Shown here: one piece after another, positions 24,603-35,700 of the stretch | Layout of the letters: the number at the start of each line of letters is the position of its first letter | Numbering within the stretch: position 1 is the stretch's first letter | Origin: Tetramitus jugosus | Lineage: Eukaryota > Protista > Heterolobosea | Assembly (NCBI GenBank): GCA_937625935.1 | Contig: OW569389.1 | Location: 186,001-250,000 of the forward strand | DNA: 64,000 nucleotides | Reading direction: 5' to 3' | Position numbers and translations under genes: made by a program | Notes under the pieces: generated by a model | What the model was told of the DNA's origin: nothing | Database searches by the model: none | What the model saw: the letters and a program-made list of their open reading frames with translations, nothing else

Positions 24603-27225
24603 TTACTTCATTGCAGCTCTCATTCTCATTGCCATTTTTTGATAGTACAGCGCTTTGGATAAGTAATCCTCTTTTCTGTAGTCCACACCCTTAGAAAGAA
24701 TTTTCCTGGATCGTGTCACTTGTACATCGTCACGCGCCAAGTGTTGCCCATGTAGTTTACTCATTGTTAGGTATGTATTTCCTAGGTTTGTGAGAGCTTG
24801 ACTCTGAACTTGTATTTGATTATACTTTCGTCCAAGGTCCAGGTACTTTTCAAAGTATTCGATTGCTTTTTCGAATTCACTTCTCTTGAAGTAGATGTTT
24901 GCAATTTTGAATGCAATTCCTAGTTGATGTACTCCGATGTTATCTAATCTTCTTGTTACTATTCTGTCCAGAGGACTTGATCCCACATTCTCCTCGGCAA
25001 TCATATCCAAACTCTCATTTAAGGCAGTGCAAAGCACTTCCAAAGCCTTGTCATACATAAAGTTAGCCTCGTAAGAAGAACCAATGATTGCATAAACTTC
25101 CAACAAGTCTTCGTTGTCTTGTTGTGTTCTATTCTTCATCATGAATATCAATCTTCCCTTGGTCTCCCATGTCTCAATTGCTTGTTCGACCATATTGATC
25201 GATTCATAGAGTGTTGCAAGGTTAGTCAACGCTATTAAATGAGAATCCATGTAGCAATTATCCAATGTAAACTTCACAGTTCGTTTGTACAAAACAATAG
25301 CCTGGGGATCTCTGCCCGTCAAGTGATAAATACTTGCCAACAGAGAATAGAGTTCCGCATATACTATCCTCGGTTTTGTTTGTTGTTCCTTCGGATTACC
25401 TGTTCGATGTGAGTCCAAGTACCTCAAAGTCTCTTTGGCAACCTGCTCGGCCTCTGAATAATTCTCTTGCAAAATGAGCTGTCTAACCTTCTCAACTTCC
25501 GAAAACAACAATGTATGTAACTGTTGTTCGGCTGGAGTGACCTCCTTGTGAATGATATCAAATACTTTGAGAGAGGTTGACTGTAGTGATCTATCGTCCA
25601 TTAAGTCGATTGGTATTGTCATCTTCTCTGTAGATAATAAATTTCTGGGAGTTTGAATTGCGTCAGGAGGTTCAATCCGTTTGTTTGTAATTGTGTCTCT
25701 CTGGAGCAATTTCTCTCTCATTTCCTTGACATCAGGTCGAGAATTTGATCGATAAAGCGGAGCAGAACGTGATAAACCTCTAAGAGATTCCATTAATTCT
25801 TCTTGCTCACGATAAATATGTTGAATAATTGGATCGTCATTTAGAAACCTATCATCTAAAGGATAAATCTCGGATGGTTGCTGTTCACATTCCGTCATTG
25901 GATAGTGCAATTCCTCATTCTCATTATGAAATGCAGAATCATGAACTGTTGCTTCACTGTATCTGCCCCGAAGTGTCGTTGATGAGGCACTCTTCTTGAG
26001 CTTGCGAGTATTGGGAGCAGTCTCTTTTCTCTTTAGTATGTCAGAAGTGGCTCGAGGAATAGTGCTCTTTGATCGCACCCAATATGCCGATGCAGGCCTA
26101 CTAAGTGCTATTGTTCGGGCAGAAGCAGTCCTAGGACGACTCGTTGGTTTACGAGATGTAATTTCCGGTTGAGCTAGTGCATTGGCGTGCTTCCAAAACT
26201 GTTTTCTTTTGTCAAGATAGCTGAGGGTGGATGACACTAGGTCATAAATCTTGCTATCTTTGGATGAACCATCTATATCCCGCTGAAAGGTTTTGTCTTT
26301 CAACAAATTTTGAAGATACTTCTCGTCCTCGGTGAACTCACCTAACAACTTCCTCCGACTCAACTTCTTTTTATCAATACTATCGATCGTTTGTGGTTCA
26401 CCCATTTTGCCTGGATAATCTTCAGTCATATGAGGTGGCAGAGGAGATTTCATATCCTTCTCTGGTAATTTCAACATTTCTGCCATCTTCTGATCCACTG
26501 GTTTCGGAAACGATTGTTCGTATGATTTTAAAGCAAAGGTCGCTTCAGCTCTCGAAGGGATGTGGGCCATGCTGCTGCTTCTCGAAGGGACAAACTCCGA
26601 TGCATTACTAGTTGCTCCTGGACGAATTCCATAAGTCTCCATCAGATTTACACGTTGTCTTACGACATTCCCTAGTGCTCCATTATTGCATACCAGTTCT
26701 GCATCGAGTGCGTCTTGCTCAATGGATTCATTGATTGCAATTTTTGCTTTCCGTATTCCCCTCCTAAAATCCTGAATATCCTTTCGAAGTAAGAAACCCT
26801 TGTAATAGTAAACTAGTGCAAATTCAAATTTTCCACATGCATAGAGCGCCTCTGCTTTCTGAAGAAATCCCTTGTAGTACTTTGTGTCCAATGATAGCGC
26901 CCTGTCAGCATCATCAATCGCCTCATCAAATCTACCTAGATTCATGTAGCACTTTGATCGACTCACCAATGCGTTCTTATTCTGTGGATTTAATTCTAGA
27001 GCCTACAATCCAATAGAAAAAACTTGAGTATTCTCTTGGTCCCTTTCACACACATTTTGACTTTCTACTTACTCTTGTGTAGGCATTCTCCGCCTTCTCC
27101 CAGTTATGAAGTTTCATATTGATGTCTCCCTCTGCCACTGCACTCGATATCTTGGAGAACTTTGGGATATCTTCCTTTAACTCCTTTGCAGATCCAGTAT
27201 AACTCCTATACGTATCATCATTCAT
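24603..27225 (-). CDS. ODAD4: TPR outer dynein arm docking complex subunit 4 (TTC25-like), 2 exons: 27225-27073, 27002-24603
   Basis: AEGD...DKNALVSRSKCYMNLG...KGFLQKAEALYACGKFEFALVYYYKGFLLR...GIRKAKIAINESI, LLGEFTEDEKYLQNLL and YLDKRKQFW are TTC25 hallmarks; intron 27003-27072 GTAAGT...TAG, phase 0. Confidence 0.85.
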
Positions 27226-27449
27226 ATTACTATTTTCAATCGTGTTTTCATTAACAAGCTGAACTGCGAGAACCAATAATCGCTGTTGTTCAAAGAGTTC
27301 TTTAACGACAATCTTTTCTTTTCCCGCCACACATATCATCCAATCAATCGTTTAGAACCTTCGTGAATGAGAAATCCGTAACAGCGGCGTTAATTCATAA
27401 TTCTCCTCTCCGCCCAAAACAAAACAATTCAAAATTCAACAACAACATC

Positions 27450-28700
27450 ATGCAAAGAGAGAAAAAGATGAAGAATCAACCCAACAACAACAATAACAAA
27501 ATCAATTATAGCAAACTCATATCCAATGCTCAATCATTACTTGTGAAAAAACAATTTGAAAACACAATTCTTCAATGCATTTCCATTCTCTCCTCCCATC
27601 ATCACATCAATAATGATCACAATACGAATGATGATCATCATGTGAATGAAAAACAAAATTTTTCAGAATGGACACTGTCTCAATTGTCTCAACTCTCACT
27701 AGCACGACGTCAATTCAATCAAAATTCTTCTCCTACTACTACTACTACTACTACGACTACTTCTACTTCTACTACTACTACTCATCAGAACATCATGAAT
27801 AATAAGAATCAAATGATTGAAAATCATTGTTTATCAATGATTAGTCAGAGTTTGTTTGAATTGAATCAGAATAGTTCCATTTACTCTATTCGAGTCTTGT
27901 CTTCCTTTTACAATAATAATAAGGATAATAATGATCAGAGTACTAATGATGTGCATGATGAAAAGAAACAAAAGAATGAATATTGGAAGTATTGTTCATT
28001 TGAATTGTTGATTGAATTGTTGCAAATGTACATTTTTAATGAGAGTTTTGAAGAGGCGGATGAATTGTTGGAACATGTCATGCATCTCTCATCCTCAGCA
28101 GAACAATCATCATCATCATCAAATAATAACAACAATAACAATAATAATAATAACAATAATAATAACAATAATAATAATAACAATAATAATAACAATGGTA
28201 ATCAATCAATGATTCTAAGTCAATTGAGTGAATCTCTGTTGCAAAAGAAGCAACAAATGAGATCACAATTGGAAAAACAGGAGAGAGCCATGGAGAGAGA
28301 TGCACAATTGGAGAGAGCCATGCTTCTTCAACAACAACAACAACAACAATATGAATACGAACAACAGCAAGAACAACAATTGGAACAAGAACAATTTCAG
28401 AATGAAACAATGGTCACAAGTAACAATGACAACAATACATCGAGTGCAACTACAACCACATCTGCGAGTAGACGGACGATTGCCAATACAGACAAGAAAT
28501 CAAAGACAACTTCAACCACATTCATGGGTCGATTATTCTCATTTGCGAAACAAACAATTCATGTCATATCCAATGAACGAGAGACTGCTACGCTCTTGTT
28601 GCTCGTGGTTATTGGTGGATTCTTCTTGCTCTACTTTAGAAAGAGTTGGTTTACGCGAGATTTGAGAGAAATGATCAAGATGGCCTCTCAATTCTTTTAA
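27450..28700 (+). CDS. Tail-anchored membrane protein, PEX26/APEM9-like
   Basis: Helical N-terminal blocks AQSLLVKKQFENTILQCISIL / CLSMISQSLFEL / SFELLIELLQMYI; single C-terminal TM (LLLLVVIGGFFLLYF) followed by a basic short tail. Confidence 0.5.
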   Translation: MQREKKMKNQPNNNNNKINYSKLISNAQSLLVKKQFENTILQCISILSSHHHINNDHNTNDDHHVNEKQNFSEWTLSQLSQLSLARRQFNQNSSPTTTTTTTTTSTSTTTTHQNIMNNKNQMIENHCLSMISQSLFELNQNSSIYSIRVLSSFYNNNKDNNDQSTNDVHDEKKQKNEYWKYCSFELLIELLQMYIFNESFEEADELLEHVMHLSSSAEQSSSSSNNNNNNNNNNNNNNNNNNNNNNNNNGNQSMILSQLSESLLQKKQQMRSQLEKQERAMERDAQLERAMLLQQQQQQQYEYEQQQEQQLEQEQFQNETMVTSNNDNNTSSATTTTSASRRTIANTDKKSKTTSTTFMGRLFSFAKQTIHVISNERETATLLLLVVIGGFFLLYFRKSWFTRDLREMIKMASQFF

Positions 28701-28748
28701 CACGCACAATATATTAGCTTATTATTTAAATCAAAAAGTCATGTCATT

Positions 28749-31431
28749 TTAATAGAAGAGAGTGACCAAGTTGGGATTATTGTTCATGATCTCTTCCCTT
28801 GTGACAATATTTCGGTCAAGGTTGCGCGTAATCCGAATATCCAGATGCTTGAGTGTCGGTATCCGTATCGTTGGTCTCTCCATGAACACGCAACAATCGA
28901 GATAGAGTTCTTCCAAGTGTTGATACGAGACAAAATCAGCACCTTCCTGTTCCTCTGCTGCCTCTTCCACAACAATTGTGGTTGTTGTTGCCACATCTTG
29001 CGATGAAACATTACTCGTCTCTTGCTTGTTCGTCATACTTGTCAATGACGCACCACTCTCATCCACACTATTCTTGTTGTTCATACTTGTGTTCACTTGA
29101 TCAATACTACTACTACTACTACTTGTGATAAAAGTCTCTGTTGTCTCTGTTTCTCTCACCTGGTGCGATAATGATGATGATGATGATGATGAATTCCGTT
29201 CTGTTTGTCGACAAATAAACTGCGGATTTCTCAATTGTGAACAACTACTGAGTGACAATAATCTCAAATGATTGGACACTCTGCGTTGTGTAATATTGGA
29301 TTCAATGACTTGATCCGTGACTGCCGTATACGCCAAATCCAGTGTCTCCAAATTGGGACAATGCAACTCTGGTGCCGTCAAATTTCTACTATATCTAAAA
29401 TTGAGATGTTCGAGGCATTGGAGACGAATACATGGTGAAATCAAGTGCCTGCACTCTTTGAGCAATAGTACTCTGAGATGAGACAATCGATGGAGCAGTG
29501 ACTGTAGTCCATCATCCGTAATACCCGTTCCAGTCAAATCCATTTCTATTAAATTTTCACTTTCGAATGATAGTGGTGATAGTGGTGATAGTGGAGAGAG
29601 TGGTGATGGTGGTGAATGCATATTGTTGTTGTTGTTACTGTTGTTGCTTAATGAACTGAAACTTCGAGTAAACGTAATACTGGTCATGAGTTCACAATAT
29701 GATAGATTAATACATCTCATATATCCACTATTATTATTATTATTATGATTGTGATTATTATGATTATTATTATTATGATTGTGATTGTGAGCATCTTCAG
29801 TCATCATCATCATTAATTGATAATTTTTACTATTGCGACTATTCTGATTTTGATAGTAGTAGGATGAATGTGGAGAAGAGGGTGATGTGGAGAGAGCAGA
29901 GGATACAGGTGATGAAGTCGAAGAGGAAGAGTAGGATGCTGCTTGAGTACTACTACCATCAATATGATTGTTGTTGTTGTTGTTATTATTATTATTATTA
30001 TTGATGCTTGCACTTCGACTTCTTCTATTGTTATTGCTATTGTTATTGTTGTTGTGAATGAGACTGTTGCTTCTGCTCGTGTTGGACACACTGTGCTGCA
30101 ATGAGATTTTTGGGTGTTGGAGACCACAGCTCACCAACGTCAAATCTTCAATGACTTTACAATTTTCAAAAATGGTGTTCAACATGTCATCGTTCAACTC
30201 ATAGAACTGTTCCAATCTCAACACTGTAATTTGCTTGAAGCTGAAACAAATGGTATTGTGTTTGAATTAAATTCTTACTAGAATACAAAAAAAATAAATA
30301 CAAAAAAAGTAATTACCTCGTAATAAAGCTCAATGCCTCACTAATGACATCGATATTGATGGGAATGTTTCCAAAAAAGACATTCTTATTGACAGACACC
30401 ATCTTGACATTCTGAAACGACGAAAACACAATTTCTCTCCACCATTGACACACATTGGTCAACGCGGGGAAAATATCCGCAAATGTCAAGAACTGAAACA
30501 CTTTTCTGTGCAGGACATCCGACATTTGATAAATGGGATTTTTTTCATCGCGATTCAGATCAAAAAAGCGCGCCACTTCTGTGTCCTCATGGAACAATCC
30601 ATAATGTTCCGCTACTCCGTCTAGAAAGGCTTGAAGGCCCAGCAATCGTTTACTAATGTTGATTTCTTTCATGTTACCAAACATGATTTTGGGAGGTAGG
30701 GATGGCACACTGATCATGACTCGATTTCCACCACTACCATTACTATTATTATTATTATTACTATTATTATTATTATTAATACCACTCAGATTCAAATTAA
30801 AATCAAAATAATTGTTATTGGTAATGGATGCTCTAGGTGATAATATTGGTTGTTGTATTTGTTGTAATTGTTGTTGTTGTGTACTTGACAGACTCAAATG
30901 ACCACTGCTGTTATTACTACTACTACTACTACTACTGTTATTATTGTTAATAGTTGTGCATAGAGTGGTTAAATGCTTGTGCAAATCATGAAATTCACTG
31001 TATCTCTTGGCAACAATCCAACTTCGTTTCGTTGTCATTTGATTCTTACACACTCGAATAAAATAAACAGTGTATACTTGACCATCTGATGATGTACCAT
31101 TATTACTATTACCACTATTGTTATTATTTGTTGTATTGTTAGGATTGTTATTACTATTGCTTGTATTGTTAGTCGTATTATTATGATTGTCCTTGTCCTT
31201 GTTGTTGTTTCTCTTGAGATTGATCCCTGGTAAGAAATCTTGAATCAATTGATTGGTTGTTTTTTTTGCCTTGGTATCTGTGCTTTCAATCTTGAATTGA
31301 CAATTGAATCCAGAAAAAGAAGATGAGGGAACAAATGATGTGGCATTGTAGTGACTCAATGGTTGATTCACTAGCAATTGTCCGCTCTTGACTCGTTTAT
31401 GTCGACTGTTGACTGATTTTTTATGAAACAT
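28749..31431 (-). CDS. PX domain - F-box - LRR protein, 2 exons: 31431-30317, 30240-28749
   Basis: PX: YTVYFIRV...WIVAKRYSEFHDLHKHL...PSLPPK...KRLLGLQAFL; F-box: IYQMSDVLHRKVFQFL...TNVCQWWREI; Cys-containing LRRs; intron 30241-30316 GTAATT...CAG, phase 2. Confidence 0.8.
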
Positions 31432-31663
31432 GTAATGTTGTTATGGTTGTTATGGTTGTTATTGTCTTTTGTATGATTGTATGGTTGTATGGTTGTTAGG
31501 TCTCTATTTTTGATGCAGGATGACGTTATTGTTGTTGTTGTGATTGTTGTAGTGACAGTGATTGCTCTGTCTCGTTTTGGTGTTTTTTTTTGCTTTTTTT
31601 TCGCGGGTTTTTCGTTGTCGGTGATAATTGAATTCTCCGTGAGTGAAAAGGTGAAAGGGTTTA

Positions 31664-32278
31664 TTATTGTGTTCTTTGTTTCTTGTTACTGTTCTTGTTA
31701 TTTGACTGCTGTTGTTGTTTCCGTCTTGTTCTCTTGTTGTTGCTATTCTTCTTCGTGTCATCATCATCATCATTTTCATCATTCGTCTTCTGCCTCTTCT
31801 TGTTTTTTCCACTTTCATTCTTTGCGTCTGCTGTTGTTGCTGTGGAATCATTTTCATCATTGTCATGTTTCATGTGATGATATCGAACAGCAGTCTTATT
31901 TTCATCATTTTGTTCATTGTTTTCATCACCATCCTCATCATCATCCACAACAACACCAAACTTTCTTCTCACTGATTTCAACTGATCATTGTCTTGTTCT
32001 TGTTGTTCTTGTTGTTGTTGTTGATCAAAATCAGAAGTCATTGTATAGTATGAATAAATACTTGATTGATCATCAAAAATAATATTTTGATATTGTTGAT
32101 TTGGTTGAGATTGTGCAGTGTTCTTGTTGTTGTTGTTGGTTGAATTTTGAAAGAGAGGATTGACCCAGTGTTCATCATTGCCTGATGATTGAGTAGATGA
32201 TTCATTGGATTGTTGTGGAGTAACTCTCTTTTTCATAAACTGGAGACCACGTGTTGTGGATGATAATCCCTTCTTCAT
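31664..32278 (-). CDS. Nuclear exosome cofactor MPP6-like protein
   Basis: N-terminal LSSTTRGLQFMKKR (MPP6 LS...L.FM.R), HWV, RRKFG; charged low-complexity tail. Confidence 0.55.
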   Translation of the reverse strand: MKKGLSSTTRGLQFMKKRVTPQQSNESSTQSSGNDEHWVNPLFQNSTNNNNKNTAQSQPNQQYQNIIFDDQSSIYSYYTMTSDFDQQQQQEQQEQDNDQLKSVRRKFGVVVDDDEDGDENNEQNDENKTAVRYHHMKHDNDENDSTATTADAKNESGKNKKRQKTNDENDDDDDTKKNSNNKRTRRKQQQQSNNKNSNKKQRTQ

Positions 32279-32786
32279 GTTGTGTTGATTTTAAAGTGTT
32301 GCTTGTTTTTTCGGCCTGAATGGGCGAATGAAAAAATTGTTGCTCTTTATTTTTGTTGAACGACAATTTCTCCTCTCTTGAGTGTATTCAGTGTGCACAC
32401 ATGGTGAGAGAAGACAACCACAGAGAAATTCAAGGGTGAGAGGTTGCAATATTGCAGTGGAGTATCTATAGTGCTCAAGCCAAAGCTAGAATTCCGGACA
32501 CTTCGCTTTGAACTTTGAACTTTGAAAAAAGTATTTAGCGCCAAAAAGCACGCAATCCTTGATCACTTGCTCTTCTTGTTGATCAAACAACACATTTTCT
32601 GTCTGAAACAAAAACGGTTAGTGTTTCAGAATACAACAACAACAAGCAACAACAAGCAACAACACCAACTCGTTTTCTCCATACAACACCAACAAAAACT
32701 CCACCCTCTACCAACAAACAATCCACCACTCACAAAAAGTCATCATTGGAGTTGATTATTGATTGAGATAACAAGCATTCAAGAAA

Positions 32787-35700
32787 ATGACCATTTCACC
32801 TGAACAATATGGACAACGTTTAGCTCAATTGCTCGAACAAAAAGGTAAGTCATTATCACTCAAATTCTCTCACCACAACTATTGCACTTTATCATCACTA
32901 CCACTCCACACAACATGTATCACTGACACTTTTTCACCACCATTTATCACTCACTCATTCACAATGAACAAATGAACAAATGAACAACAGATGTCATCAA
33001 GCTATACAAGGTGTTGCTTGCCATCAAGGAAAACATTGAAATTGCATACACGAGTGAATACAGATCACTGTTGATGCACGTTCATGACAAACTGCTATTG
33101 ACATTGAGAGTGATTGAACCAGAGGTGTCATTTGTGGAGACTGCTGATGAACAACAGAGACTTCACATACCAGAGGCACAACGAGTCAGAAACACTGTTC
33201 TTGAAATTTTGTTGAGACTCCCATGCAATGAAGTATGTTGTTATTGTTGTTGTTGTTGTTTCTTCACACTTTTATTCTGACTGATTTGACAATGTATGAC
33301 ATGTGTATGTATGTACATATATTAACCAACCAATAACAAACCAATAACAACAGCACATTAGAGATTATGCATTGAGTACAGTGATTGCAATGATACAAGT
33401 GTTGATCAATGACAATGAAGACAATGCAGTGTTGGCCATGAAGATTATGATTGATTTGCACAAGGCTTCTTCAGTAGATCGTTCTCAATTCGCTCAACAC
33501 ATGCAACCATTCTTTGATTTTGCTATTCAAGTGTATGGTGATGCACCTAGAGTACTAGCCAAGTACTTTAAATTGTCAGCAACTACTACCACCACTACCA
33601 GTGCTACTACTACTACTACTGCCAATCCACCACCCACTTCTTCTTCACTATTGTTGTTGGATGATACACTACTCAATAGTCAAATCATGAGTGGTAGCAC
33701 TGCTGCTGATGAATTTGGTGCAGCAGAATCACTCGCAGATGACACTGAAATGGAAAGCACTACGAGTAGCAATCAAAAGAGTTCTGCAGCTTCTTCCAGT
33801 AGTCAATTACAACAACAAGGCAACAAGAGAAAACGATTGGTTTCCTCTAGTAGAGAATCATGTAAATTATTGGTTGAGATTCCACTGTTGCTATTGTTGT
33901 TGCTCAACTCTGAACTAGCAAAGAAGAATATGAGCAGTCTGGTGACAAAGATTGTAGAGAGTTATTCAGTTCATGTGCAACCACCGAGTTCACCTTCTCA
34001 TCCCTTTAGACAACAATACTTGGATTTTATTCATGCGAGACTCAAGACTCTATCCTTCTTGGTGTATGCCTATCGGACCAATCAAGCATGTTTTGCAGAC
34101 AAGGAAGTGTTGGTCAAGATTGGCATTGACTTGTTGATGCAATTTCCAAACGAGTTGACCTCATTGCGCAAAGATTTGCTCTTTTTGATGAAGCACATGA
34201 TTGATTCCAAGCACTTGGAGCTTCAAAAATTCTTTACGCCCTACATTGAGCAATTGTTGGACGAGCGAGTGCTGTTGGGATTGAATCGATCGAGTTTTGA
34301 GACGTTGAGACCATTGGCGTACAATATGGTGGCCGATTTGATTCATCAAGTCAAAATGGAGCTCACACCAGCACAAATCACAAAGAGTGTCATATTTTTT
34401 ACTCGAGTCATCTATGATCCAACACTGTCACTGAATCACATACAAATCATGTCTGCCAAATTGTTGGTCCATTTGATTGAGAGCATTTATTCGACTCATG
34501 GCGCACGGAAGAATAGCAGTGATTATTCGAGCGACTCAGCGAGAGATATTGTGATTCATTTGCTGTCTTCGTTTGTGACAAAATTGAAGACCTTGTCCAT
34601 TACGATCAATCAGTTGAAAGAGATGGACAATGAGCAGAGCAGCACCAATAGCAGCAGCAGCAATACGAGAGAAGTGTCTACAACAATGAGTAATGAACTG
34701 CAGCAGACACAACAACCACAAACACCATCCATATCGGATAGTGCTTCTTCTTCGGATGAACCAATGAATGCTGGTGAAGGAGTGTCGCATGGTGATAAGG
34801 ATTCATCAGACGACACGTCATCATCATCGACCAATCAAGCTGCTGACGATGCCAAGCATGATGGAAGTCTGGAGTGCGTCGTTTACAGTACCTACAAGCA
34901 CAATACTCCACTGATTGATGATGTGAATCACTGTAGGGCAATGTTCCGAACATTGCTCGTCGGATTGAAGAATGTCATCTATGTGATGAAAACAGGATTG
35001 AGCAGTCCAGGGCTAGACGCAAAAACAAATCCATTCACAGGCGAATTGAAATTATTTATGACACTGTTCAAGCATGGATTGGACTGTTTCCCTGTTTATA
35101 CGATTGGTGCTCCCACGGAGCAGTCACGAGGTGACGAGAAGCAAGGTCTCGACATATTTTCCTCCCTGTTCACCATATTACCTGTACATACGTTCGTAGA
35201 GATTTTTAAGGAACAGCTTCCATACCTCTATGAGAGAAGCATCGATAATCCAATATACTTGGACATACCTTCGCACTTTTTGTCCAATCAAACCATTGCC
35301 GGTCAATTCAATGGTCTTGTACTCGACTTTTTGTTGAGTCGGATGGACAGAATGGCAGGAAGCTCACCAGAGGCAACGACCATGCTCAAACTGTTCAAGA
35401 TTGTCATTGGTTCTGTTGTTTCGTTCCAAGATGAGGAGTTGTGTCTCACGTTCCGACCATACCTCTCTCCTATTGTCAAGAAATGTTTGACATGTGCATC
35501 TCAGAGCAAAGAATCTGTAAATTACTTTTTGACGCTGAGGGCTTTGTTCAGGAGCATCGTGAGTGGCAAGTTTGATACATTAATCAAAGAGTTTGCCATT
35601 CTCGTTCCTGATATATTGGACAAATTGACCGAGTTTTTAAGAGGTTCCTACAAACCAAATGTCAGGGAATTGTTTATTGAGTTGTGTGTTACGATCCCTG

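Noticed and set aside
31477-32082. 201-aa hydrophobic/His-Cys-rich + strand ORF and similar antisense ORFs (e.g. 27935-28410, 16977-17583)
   Set aside because: Shadow frames of trinucleotide repeats opposite real genes
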